Positions 9,681-20,453 of a stretch of DNA of 64,000 bases are shown here, in pieces; position 1 is the first letter of the stretch, and every line of letters begins with the position of its first letter. The notes beneath the pieces are model-generated. The model made no database searches and was not told the DNA's origin. It worked only from the letters and a program-made list of their open reading frames with translations. The stretch is from an uncultured delta proteobacterium (GTDB taxonomy: Bacteria > Myxococcota_A > Polyangia > Polyangiales > JAFGIB01), in the NCBI GenBank assembly GCA_963778655.1, contig CAVZVA010000009.1, forward strand, positions 1,440,001 through 1,504,000. Direction: 5' to 3'. A program made the position numbers and the translations under genes.

Positions 9681-12317
9681 TCAGGAGCCCTTCGGCGGGA
9701 GCAGCTGTTTGAGACGGGCCAGCGCGTTGAGCGCGTCCAGCGGGGTCATGCGCTCGATCTCCAGCGCGCGCAGCGTGGCCTCGGCTTCGGACTCGGCCGC
9801 TGCGGCCGGCGGCGGGGCGAAGATCTCGAGCTGAGGACCGCCCGCGTCGTGGTCGCGGCCGCGCAGCGAGGCGGGGGCGCCCGAAGGCAGCGCACCCCCG
9901 CCCTCGAGATCGCGCAGCAGGGTTCGGGCGCGCGCGAGCACGATCTCGGGCACGCCCGCCAGTTGAGCCACGGCCACGCCATAGCTGCGGTTGGCGCCGC
10001 CTGGCACCAGCTTGTGCAGGAACACCACCTCCCCGCCGTACTGCTTGGCCGCGACGTTGAAGTTGACCACCGTGGGGCGGGTCTGGGCCAGCTCGCACAG
10101 CTCGTGGTAGTGGGTCGCGAACAGCGTGCGGCAGCCGATCGCGTCGTGCAGGTGCTCGGCCACCGCCCACGCGATCGCCAGCCCGTCATAGGTGCTGGTG
10201 CCGCGCCCGATCTCGTCGAGGATCACCAGCGACCGGCGCGACGCGCCGTGCAGGATGGCGGCGGTCTCGCGCATCTCCACCATGAACGTGCTCTGGCCCT
10301 GGGCCACGTTGTCGCTGGCGCCGACGCGTGTATAGATGCGGTCGGCCACTCCGATGCGCGCCGCGGCCGCGGGCACGAAGCCGCCCGCCTGGGCCATGAT
10401 CACCGCCAGCGCCACCTGGCGCATGGCGGTGGACTTGCCGGCCATGTTGGGGCCGGTGATGATCATCAAGCGCGGCCCGTTCGCGTCGAGCAGCACATCG
10501 TTGGGTACGAAGCTGCCGGTCTCGACCATGCGTTCGACGATCGGGTGGCGCGCCTCGCGCAGCTCGAGCGTGCACGAATCGTCGACCTGCGGCCGCACGT
10601 AGTCGTGGCGCACCGCGATCTCGGCCAGCGCCGCGTGCACGTCGAGATCCGCGAGCGCGAGCGCCAGGCGCTTGAGCTGCGGCGACCAGCCGCCCACCTC
10701 CGCGCGCAGCGCCTCGAACAGCTCGGCCTCGAGCGCGCACACGCGCTCGTCTGCGTTGAGGATCTTGGCCTGCAGCTCGTCCAGCTCCGGGGTGGTGAAG
10801 CGCTCGCCCCCGGCGACCGTCTGCTTGCGCCGGTAGTGCTCCGGCACCGCGCCGAGCTTGGACTTGCTGATCTCGATATAGTAGCCGAACACCTTGGTGA
10901 AGCGCAGCTTGAGCGAGCTGATTCCGGTCTGCTCGCGCTCGCGCTGCTCGAGCGCCAACACCACGTCCTTGCCGTGATCGCTGAGCTGGCGCAGCTCGGC
11001 GATGCGCGGGTCGTGCTCGGCGCGGAAGATGCCGCCCTGGGTCGCGCTGAGCGGCAGCTCATCGCGCAGCGCGTCGCCGAGCCGCGCGCGCAGCGGCTCG
11101 CAGGCTTCGTCGGGCAGCAGCGCGCGCAGCGCGTCGTCGGTGCTGCGGGCGCAGGCCTGCAGCAGGCGCTCGCGCAGCTCGACCACCGCAGCGAGGCTCG
11201 CGCCGATCGCGCCGAGGTCGCGTGGCGTGGCCACCCCGAGCGCGGCGCGCGTCGACAGCCGCTCCAGATCCGCCACGCGCTGCAGCCCCTTTTGCAGCTG
11301 CTCGCGCAGCGGCGCGTCGTCGACCAGCGCCTCGACCGCATCGTGGCGCCGGCGGATGCGCGCGACGTCGGTCAGCGGCGCGAGCAGCCGGCGGCGCAGG
11401 GCGCGCGCGCCCATCGCGGTCTGCGTAAGGTCGAGCAGCTGCAGCAGCGAGCCCTTGCGCTCGCCGCCGAGCGTGCTCACCAGCTCGAGGTTGCGCACCG
11501 CGGCGTCGTCGAGCAACAGCTGGTCGCCCGGGTCGTAGGGCGCGATGCGCTGCACGTCGAGCTGTCTGCCGGGCTGCGAGGCCTGCGCATAGCGCAGCGC
11601 GCGCGCCGCGGCGCGCAACGGCAGCGGCCCGAAGCCGCCCTCCCCGGCCGCGCTCTGCAGCAGCGCCCGCAGCGCGTCCTGTTCGTCGCCGCCACCGTCT
11701 TCGGGCAGCACGCGAAAGGCGGCCCGCGGCAGCACCCGCTGCAGCGATCGCTGCAGCTCGGCGGCGGCCGGCTCGAGCAGGATCTCGCGCGCGTCGAGCC
11801 GCACCAGCTCGGCCAGCACCTCCGCCGAGCTGCGCAGCTCCGCGGCGCGTGCCTCGGCGGTGGACAGCTCGAGCACCCCCAGCCCGAAACGTTCGCCGTC
11901 GCTGCTCACGCAGGCCAGATAGTTGGGCGCTCGCGCGTCGAGCGCGTCCGGGTCCAACACCAGCCCGGGCGTGACCACGCGCACCACCTCGCGCGGCACC
12001 ACGCCCTTGACCTTGCTCGGGTCCTCCATCTGCTCGCAGATCGCGACGCGCTGGCCCTGCTCGATCAGGCGCGCGACGTAGCCGGAGGCGGCATGGTGGG
12101 GCACGCCGGCCATCGGGATCGCGACGCCCTGGTCGTCGGTGCCGCGCGAGGTCAGGGTCAGGTCCAACAGCTCTGCGCCCAGCACCGCGTCCTCGAAGAA
12201 CATCTCGTAGAAGTCGCCCAGTCGGAAGAACAGGATCGCGTCCGGGTACGCCTGCTTGGCGCGGAAGAATTGCTCCATCGCGGGCGAGCGTTTGCTGGCT
12301 TTGGCGCGTGTGCTCAC
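9681..12317 (-). CDS. mutS: DNA mismatch repair protein MutS
   Basis: FRLGDFYEMF, TGPNMAGKST, STFMVEM, DEIGRGTST, FATHYHEL, SYGVAVA. Confidence 0.98.
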   Translation of the reverse strand: MSTRAKASKRSPAMEQFFRAKQAYPDAILFFRLGDFYEMFFEDAVLGAELLDLTLTSRGTDDQGVAIPMAGVPHHAASGYVARLIEQGQRVAICEQMEDPSKVKGVVPREVVRVVTPGLVLDPDALDARAPNYLACVSSDGERFGLGVLELSTAEARAAELRSSAEVLAELVRLDAREILLEPAAAELQRSLQRVLPRAAFRVLPEDGGGDEQDALRALLQSAAGEGGFGPLPLRAAARALRYAQASQPGRQLDVQRIAPYDPGDQLLLDDAAVRNLELVSTLGGERKGSLLQLLDLTQTAMGARALRRRLLAPLTDVARIRRRHDAVEALVDDAPLREQLQKGLQRVADLERLSTRAALGVATPRDLGAIGASLAAVVELRERLLQACARSTDDALRALLPDEACEPLRARLGDALRDELPLSATQGGIFRAEHDPRIAELRQLSDHGKDVVLALEQREREQTGISSLKLRFTKVFGYYIEISKSKLGAVPEHYRRKQTVAGGERFTTPELDELQAKILNADERVCALEAELFEALRAEVGGWSPQLKRLALALADLDVHAALAEIAVRHDYVRPQVDDSCTLELREARHPIVERMVETGSFVPNDVLLDANGPRLMIITGPNMAGKSTAMRQVALAVIMAQAGGFVPAAAARIGVADRIYTRVGASDNVAQGQSTFMVEMRETAAILHGASRRSLVILDEIGRGTSTYDGLAIAWAVAEHLHDAIGCRTLFATHYHELCELAQTRPTVVNFNVAAKQYGGEVVFLHKLVPGGANRSYGVAVAQLAGVPEIVLARARTLLRDLEGGGALPSGAPASLRGRDHDAGGPQLEIFAPPPAAAAESEAEATLRALEIERMTPLDALNALARLKQLLPPKGS

Positions 12318-12378
12318 GGTGCCCCCAGTAACATGGACCCGTCAGCTTAGCCGGCGCGGCTACGAGCTACCTGACCGC

Positions 12379-15054
12379 TCAGTCGAAGGTGCCGCTCGAA
12401 TCGACCGCTGCGGGGAACGGATCCAACGGGATGGGTACCAGGCCGCGGTTCGCGATGTCCACCAGGTACAGCCACCCGTCGGCGTCGCTGTAGCGCAGCT
12501 CCGACGGAACCACCGTGGTCCCCCCCAGGCCCACGGCGTTGGCGTTGAGCAGCAGGTGCACGGCGGGGGTCACGGTTTGAATCAGCAGGGCCACGCCCGG
12601 GTCCAGCGTCTGCCCGGCGGAGGCCAGCGGGCGAATCCGGAAGGCGACGCTGCGGTTGCGGAAGGTGCAGCCGAAGCGCGCGCGCCCGCGCAGCAGCGCG
12701 TCTGCCCCCGGATCGACCACGCAGCGTCCCACCGCCGTCGCGTGCACGCGGTGCTGGAAGCCGCTCTGGCCACCGTGCACGCGGAACATGCCGCGGGTGT
12801 TCACCTCGAAGCTCAACGGATCGGGGCCCACGCAGCGCAGCACATCCTCGTAGCTGCGCAGCTTGCCGACCGGCTTCACCAACCTGTCGCTGATCACCAG
12901 CCGGTCGCGGTAGGCGCGCCGGATGCCGAACGCGAGCGCCAGCGTGGGGTCGTCCTCGAGCGCCTTGGCCGCGTCCGCGCACTTGGTGATGTCGGCCTTG
13001 CCGAGCCCGGGCTCGAGCAGGTCCAACCCCGCCTTGCCCAGGATCGGCGAACGGATCACCAGCTGGTCGCCCAGCGGGGGTTGTTGGGCGGCATCGGCGC
13101 TACAGTTCACCCCTTCGAAGGCCGCCCCGACATCGTCGTCGCCGAGCACGCCCGCTCCGCAGAAGTCCATCGCGGCGGCCTGCAGCTCCGGCGCACCGCT
13201 TATGTTGTCCGTGCTTCCGGGCAGGCTCGCTTGCCCGTCGCCGCCGAAGGTATTCGGGATCAAGCCCTCGTAGACGGCGTCCCAGCTCTCGCTCGCGTGC
13301 CAGGGGTTTTCGTCGCCGCACAGCAGCGCCCGCTGGTAGCAGGGATCGCTCTGATCGGTGGTCGCCAGATCCGCGCTGGGATAGGTCGCCACCAGATCCG
13401 AGTCGCACGCGATGCAATCCATCTCCGGCGCGTCGGGGCTGCCGTTGGAGCCGTCGACCTGTATCGGGAAGGAAAGACCGGCGACCTGGAACCCGAACGT
13501 GCTGACGCTGGGCGTCAGCGGCACCAGGTCCGTGCCCGCGGCCTGCACGAAGCTCACCGCGATCCGAGCCTGGTTGCGCACCACGGCGGGATAGTGCGGC
13601 TGGCACTGGCGGCAGGCGTCCTTGGCGCCCGCAGCGGGCTTGAGCTCGAGATCATGCACGTCGACCACGCGCACGGTCCCGTCGGTGAGCGCGACCGCGA
13701 GAAAGACCCCACGCAGGCGCGCCGGGTCCTCCACCTGGTCGGAGCTGTCGGTGCAATAGGTAATGCTCTCGGCGGCGGTCTGCGGTGGTTGATCCGGAGT
13801 CGGCCGCACATACTGCTGGTTGGAGGGGCGGGCTACGTCGAAGCCCGGGGTTAGCACGGCGAGCGCTGTGGCCGCCGGCTGCGCCGGTCCCACGCCCGCG
13901 ACTTCGAGCCGATCGGGCCGTCCGCTGGGATCGGCGTTCACGTTGAGCAGCGTGCCGTGCTCCAGCGCCAGCACCGAGCCGTCGCCGGCATCCACGGCGT
14001 AGACGTATTGGGTCTCGGCCGAGCTGTCGAGGCTCACCGGCACGCGCGGCGTGACCGCCACCGCCCGCGTGGGCACGCCGGTCACGAGTGGAGCGAGCAG
14101 CGCCTCGCTGCCCTCGGTGCCGGGCGCGATCGCGTCGAGATCGATCACGTGAATCACCGGCCAGGTCGCGTCCGCGACCAGCAGCCTGCGCGTGCAGGGC
14201 TGGCCGTCGCGGCAATAGGCGTCGACCGCGAGCGCCTGGGGGCGCGGTGGGAGCGCGAAGGCATCGGCCGGCAGCTGCACCGGCTGCGGCGGCGGCGGGT
14301 CCTGCCAGTTGTAGTCGCACAGCAGCGAGTAGCTGGACGGAGGCTCGGTGCTGGCCGTCGGTGCCGAAACCCGATCGGCCGAGCCCTGCACCAGCACCGA
14401 CGAGATCCCGGCCTCGTCGATGAACCCTTCCTGACAGCCGTTCGCGGTCTGCCCGTGGCAGCGCTGCAGCGGCAGCCGCAGCACGCGGCCGAGGTCGGGC
14501 ACCGCCACCAGCAGCGCGTCCTCGTCGGGCGCGAGCACCATGTCTGTGGGCGCGGCGGGGACTTTGCCGCCGGCCGTGTCCACCATCAGCGCGACCACCT
14601 GTCCGGTCGGTTTACCGGTCCCGGGCGCGACCAGGTCGTGGGTCGCGATCGCGCGCACGTCGTGGCTGGCGAAATCGGCCACGTAGGTCAGCTCCGGGTG
14701 TTCCCGCGGCACCACGATCGCCGTCGGCTGCACGCCCACCGGCACGAAGGTGTAGCCGGGGATGTCGCGGCGGGTGTCGAGCACGGTCTGGCTGTCGAGG
14801 TCGACCGCGGCCACCTCACCGCGCGCGCTCTGCGTCACCAGTGCGTGCAACGCCACGCCGACGTTGGGGTTCGCCGCGAGGTCCAAGCCGTCGGTGCAGT
14901 GGTGCATCTTCACCGGGTAGCCGTTGGAGACGCACACGAAGTCCACGCGGTTGGGACGATCGAAGCGCGCGGGCGCCGGGATCGGCGCCTGGTTACCGCA
15001 GCCGAGCAGCAGCAACGCGGGCCACAGTCGTCGGCACAGGCGCCCGACGCTCAT
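12379..15054 (-). CDS. large Cys-rich lipoprotein, putative beta-propeller
   Basis: Lipobox LLGC; YVAD/GEVAAVDL blade-like motifs; paired Cys; ATGA overlap with the upstream gene. Confidence 0.65.
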   Translation of the reverse strand: MSVGRLCRRLWPALLLLGCGNQAPIPAPARFDRPNRVDFVCVSNGYPVKMHHCTDGLDLAANPNVGVALHALVTQSARGEVAAVDLDSQTVLDTRRDIPGYTFVPVGVQPTAIVVPREHPELTYVADFASHDVRAIATHDLVAPGTGKPTGQVVALMVDTAGGKVPAAPTDMVLAPDEDALLVAVPDLGRVLRLPLQRCHGQTANGCQEGFIDEAGISSVLVQGSADRVSAPTASTEPPSSYSLLCDYNWQDPPPPQPVQLPADAFALPPRPQALAVDAYCRDGQPCTRRLLVADATWPVIHVIDLDAIAPGTEGSEALLAPLVTGVPTRAVAVTPRVPVSLDSSAETQYVYAVDAGDGSVLALEHGTLLNVNADPSGRPDRLEVAGVGPAQPAATALAVLTPGFDVARPSNQQYVRPTPDQPPQTAAESITYCTDSSDQVEDPARLRGVFLAVALTDGTVRVVDVHDLELKPAAGAKDACRQCQPHYPAVVRNQARIAVSFVQAAGTDLVPLTPSVSTFGFQVAGLSFPIQVDGSNGSPDAPEMDCIACDSDLVATYPSADLATTDQSDPCYQRALLCGDENPWHASESWDAVYEGLIPNTFGGDGQASLPGSTDNISGAPELQAAAMDFCGAGVLGDDDVGAAFEGVNCSADAAQQPPLGDQLVIRSPILGKAGLDLLEPGLGKADITKCADAAKALEDDPTLALAFGIRRAYRDRLVISDRLVKPVGKLRSYEDVLRCVGPDPLSFEVNTRGMFRVHGGQSGFQHRVHATAVGRCVVDPGADALLRGRARFGCTFRNRSVAFRIRPLASAGQTLDPGVALLIQTVTPAVHLLLNANAVGLGGTTVVPSELRYSDADGWLYLVDIANRGLVPIPLDPFPAAVDSSGTFD

Positions 15055-16424
15055 TGCAGCTCCTGCAGCACGTGCGGGTGACCGAGCGTGGCCACCACCC
15101 GCACGTTCGGATCGACCTCGCCGTCGAGCAACGGGGTCAGATCGATCACGCGGATCACCGAGGAGCGAAAATCGGCCACGTACAGCAACCTGCGCGACTC
15201 GTCGATCAACATCGCCAGCGGTCCGCTCAGATTGGGGATCACGACCCGGGTGAGCATGCTGGTCAGATCGATGATCGAGATCTCACGTGCGTCGAAGGCG
15301 GCCACCGCGGCCAGCGGATGTCCCGGAAACAAGCCCACCGCCAGCCGGCTGGCGCCCGCGCCCACCACCGTGGTGGCCTCCACGCGCGCCTGGTTGGGCG
15401 GGTTGCGCGCGGCATTGGCGTCGACGACCAGCAGGGCGTCCGGCGCCTGCGCCACCACCAGCGCGCGGTCCTGGGCCAGCGTCCCGCCGGCGGCGGCGAC
15501 CTCAGGGATGAAGGCGACATCGCGCGTGTCGCTGGCGCGCTGCACCCCGGTCAGCGCCAGCGCTCCGGCCGCGTAGGGCAGTGGTCTCGGCTTGCCGCTG
15601 GGATCGAACGTCACCGAGACGCCGACTCGCTCGAGCAACTTGTCGCTACCGGCGGCGGCCGCGGTCAGGTACAGCAGCCGAGTCGCGGGGTCATAGGCGG
15701 CACGGGTCAGGGCGCCTGCCAGCCCCGGCATCACGCCTGTCATCCGCAGCCTGTCGGAGTCGCTCTTTGCCTGTGGATCGAACGCGAAGCTGGCGAGCTC
15801 GCCGCCGGCGTGTGCGGTCAGCACGTAGTCGCCCTGCACCGCGCTCGCAGCAGGCAGCCAGTCGGAGAGAGGGCCCGAAATGATCAGCTGCGGGTCCGCG
15901 GGCCACGCCAACTTCGCCGGCGTGTCCTGTGTGACGTCGTCGTCCGGCACGGCGTGCAGGCTGCAGCGCTTTTCCATGCCGTTGCAGCGCAGCACGGCGT
16001 CCTTGCTGGCGGAGGCGTTGACGTGAATGAAGGTCAGGTTGTCTTCGGTGCGCGATGCCGCGAACAGATACTCTCCGTCCGAGGACAGGCCCAGGGCGGT
16101 CGAGAAGGGGCCGATCCAGACCTCGTCCTCGAGGACTTTGCCTGGATCGATCTCGCACTCCGGAGTCGAGCGGCAGGCATCGACCTCGCTCGCCAGGCGC
16201 TCGAGCGAGTAGGCCTGCACGGTGCCGGCGTTGTAGCGCAGATCGAAGTCGCTGTTGGCGACGAACAGCAGGCGCGGCGCCTCGCCCGGATCGTGCTTGG
16301 AAAACGCCATCGCGTTGGGGAAATACAGCTCCCCGCGCGGAGGGTCGTCCCCGGGGTTATTGATGTTGCAACCGAGCGCCGCGACGACCGCGGCGCACAG
16401 CAAAGCTCGAGCGCCAGCCGGCAT
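15051..16424 (-). CDS. lipoprotein, YncE-like beta-propeller
   Basis: Lipobox ALGC; LYFP, LFVANSDFDLRYNAG, LLYVADF blade motifs. Confidence 0.7.
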   Translation of the reverse strand: MPAGARALLCAAVVAALGCNINNPGDDPPRGELYFPNAMAFSKHDPGEAPRLLFVANSDFDLRYNAGTVQAYSLERLASEVDACRSTPECEIDPGKVLEDEVWIGPFSTALGLSSDGEYLFAASRTEDNLTFIHVNASASKDAVLRCNGMEKRCSLHAVPDDDVTQDTPAKLAWPADPQLIISGPLSDWLPAASAVQGDYVLTAHAGGELASFAFDPQAKSDSDRLRMTGVMPGLAGALTRAAYDPATRLLYLTAAAAGSDKLLERVGVSVTFDPSGKPRPLPYAAGALALTGVQRASDTRDVAFIPEVAAAGGTLAQDRALVVAQAPDALLVVDANAARNPPNQARVEATTVVGAGASRLAVGLFPGHPLAAVAAFDAREISIIDLTSMLTRVVIPNLSGPLAMLIDESRRLLYVADFRSSVIRVIDLTPLLDGEVDPNVRVVATLGHPHVLQELQ

Positions 16425-16545
16425 GGCGTGCGGACAGTAGTCGCTAGATCGCAGCGCTGCAAGCGAACGCGCACGCGCCGAGGCTCGGCACCAAAGGCAC
16501 GCCGGAGACGCTCCGGCTGCGGGGGCGCGCGCCGGCGCCGCGCGC

Positions 16546-18141
<1,596 letters not shown>

Positions 18142-18408
18142 GCGAGAGTGGGTCCCTATCCTAGTTCCCGTCCAGAGCCGTGCGGGAACGGCTCTGGGCC
18201 CGAGCCGGGATCGACAAAATGCCAGTGGCATTTCCCGACCCGGAGCCGCAAGCGCGCTCGCTCCTGAGCGCTTCTGGACGTGAGCTGGGCATTTCCGGGT
18301 AGCAAATAGTCTAAATAGGCCGACCGAGCGCGCACCGTGCGCGGGGGCCGCCGAGAGGGCTCGCCCCACGTGTAGCGATCATTGGCCATCGGCCTGCGGC
18401 GGTCAAGC

Positions 18409-19365
18409 TCATGCGCCGTCGCCTACATCCCCCTCCGCCTCGAGCGACGAAAGCGGGTCCTTTTCCGCCTGCTCGTCGACGTCGGCTTCGGCCGCGAGCG
18501 CCGCCAGGTCCTCGTCCGAAATGTGGGCGTCGCTGTGCTCGTCCTGGCGCGCGGCTTCCTCGGCGGCGGCCAGCAGCGCCTCGGCGTCCTCGACCTCTTC
18601 GCCGGTCTTGCGCTTGAACAGGGCGCGGTTCTCGTCGCTGAGCTCGGTGAACTCGTGCAGCGTCGGCAGGTCCTTGAGACTCTGCATGCCGAAGAATTCC
18701 AGGAAGTGCGAGGTCGTCCCGTACAGCAGCGGGCGGCCGGGCTCGTCCTTGCGCCCGATCATGCGGATCAAGCCCCGCTCGAGCAGCACGCGCATCGCCG
18801 ATCCGCTGTCCACCCCGCGCACCTCGTCGATCTCCGGGCGCGTGATCGGCTGCCGGTAGCTCACCAGCGCCAGCGTCTCGAGCTGCGCGCGCGTGAGGCG
18901 GACCGGCTTTTGTGCCACGAAGTCACGCACCCACGGGGCGCAGGCCGGTGCCGAGCGGAACTGATAGCCGCCCGCGACTTCCAGCAGCTCGATGCCGCGC
19001 GCTGCGTACTCGCCGATCAGCTCCGCCACCAGCTCGCGCACCTGCGCGGCGCGGACCTTGAGCGAGCGCGCGAGCTGTGCCGGAGTCACGGTGCGGTCGC
19101 TGACGAAGATCAAGCTCTCGAGCGCCTGCTTGAGCTGCTCGCGGCTCGGTTCCGGCCGCGGGGCGGGCGTTTGCTCGCCCGCCGGCGCCGGCTCGGCCTG
19201 CGGCTCGGCCGGCTGCTGCTGCGCGTCGGCGTCACCAGTGGCTTCGGCCGCGGCGGTCTCCGTGCTGCTGTCCTCGATCGGGATCGGCTCCGCGTGGGGC
19301 TCGGCGCTCACGCCGACCACCTCGCCGCTGTCGGCCCTCTTGCGTCGCTTGGCGCCCGCGCTCAT
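18409..19365 (-). CDS. scpB: SMC-Scp complex subunit ScpB
   Basis: LESLIFVS, VAGGYQFRS, LETLALVSYRQPITRPEIDEVRGV, GRPLLYGTT. Confidence 0.96.
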   Translation of the reverse strand: MSAGAKRRKRADSGEVVGVSAEPHAEPIPIEDSSTETAAAEATGDADAQQQPAEPQAEPAPAGEQTPAPRPEPSREQLKQALESLIFVSDRTVTPAQLARSLKVRAAQVRELVAELIGEYAARGIELLEVAGGYQFRSAPACAPWVRDFVAQKPVRLTRAQLETLALVSYRQPITRPEIDEVRGVDSGSAMRVLLERGLIRMIGRKDEPGRPLLYGTTSHFLEFFGMQSLKDLPTLHEFTELSDENRALFKRKTGEEVEDAEALLAAAEEAARQDEHSDAHISDEDLAALAAEADVDEQAEKDPLSSLEAEGDVGDGA

Positions 19366-20213
19366 CGCTCCTCCTGGTTGTCAGCCGCGCCGGTACCCTG
19401 CTCGAGCGGAGCCTCATCCGGGGGCGGGGGCACGGTCGGCGCGTCGGGATCCAGCAGCGCGTAGTGCACGTGGATCGGGCTGTGGTAGTCGGACTGGTAG
19501 ATGCGCGCGACGTGCATCTTGGTCATCTCGAGCAACGCCAGGAAGGTCACCACCACCTCGTACCTGCTGACGTCTTGCTCGAATAGCTCCTCGAAGCGGC
19601 AGTCGCGCCGCTCGCGCAGCAGCTCCGTGATCTGGCTGATGCGCTCGTTGATCGAGACGCGCTCGGCGGTGATCTCGAACGCGAGCTTGCCCTTGGCGCG
19701 CGCCAGGATCGCTTGAAACGCGTCGAGCAGGCGGAATAGCCCGACTTCGGCCAGCGGAATCGGCCCCTGCAGCTCGGCGCTGCTGGTGCCGCGCGCGAAC
19801 ACATCGCGGCCCGCGACCGGGCGCGCGCCTAGCTCCTCGGCCACGGCCTTGTACTTCTGGTACTCGAGCAGGCGGTGGATCAACTCGAGGCGCGGATCGA
19901 GCTCCTCGTCGGAGGCGTCCTCGTCGTGCTGGTCCTCGGGCGCGCGCGGCAACAGCATCTTGGACTTGATGTGCGCGAGGGTGGCGGCCATCAGCAGGTA
20001 CTCGGCGGCCATGTCCAGGTCCACTGTCTGCATCACCCGCAGGTATTCCAGGTAGCGCTCAGTCACGAACGCGATCGGCAGGTCCAGGATGTCGAGCTCG
20101 TGCTTCTTGATCAGGTGCAGCAGCAGGTCGAGCGGCCCTTCGAACGCCGGCAGCTGGACGCGAAATACCCCTTGTTGGGGGATCGTTTCGGCGAGCGTTT
20201 CCTGGTCCTCCAT
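19362..20213 (-). CDS. scpA: segregation/condensation protein ScpA (kleisin)
   Basis: FEGPLDLLLHLI, EYLLMAATLAHIKSKMLLP, VVTFLALLE; start at MEDQ. Confidence 0.96.
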   Translation of the reverse strand: MEDQETLAETIPQQGVFRVQLPAFEGPLDLLLHLIKKHELDILDLPIAFVTERYLEYLRVMQTVDLDMAAEYLLMAATLAHIKSKMLLPRAPEDQHDEDASDEELDPRLELIHRLLEYQKYKAVAEELGARPVAGRDVFARGTSSAELQGPIPLAEVGLFRLLDAFQAILARAKGKLAFEITAERVSINERISQITELLRERRDCRFEELFEQDVSRYEVVVTFLALLEMTKMHVARIYQSDYHSPIHVHYALLDPDAPTVPPPPDEAPLEQGTGAADNQEER

Positions 20214-20453
20214 GGGGTGGTGTTCCTGGCTGGGCGCGCCCGATAGCGCAATTGCGCGGATGCTACCAGCCTCGCAGCGCGCAAGCGCCCGATTTGTGCT
20301 CGGGCGCGCGCGTGGGAACGCGGTGGGTGCGGCGGCTACCCCTGCTCCAGTGGAGCACTTCACATCGACGCGATTGCTTGGCGAGCCCTTGCCGACATTG
20401 AGATCGTTCGAATCTTGCTGGTAAATTCCAGATGGTATGTTGCCGAGGCCACG

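Noticed and set aside
8427..12350. 1307-aa plus-strand ORF and many other long antisense or alternate-frame ORFs
   Set aside because: Shadow ORFs of high-GC coding sequence opposite mutS/pheA and other genes; Arg/Ala/Gly-rich with no motifs.
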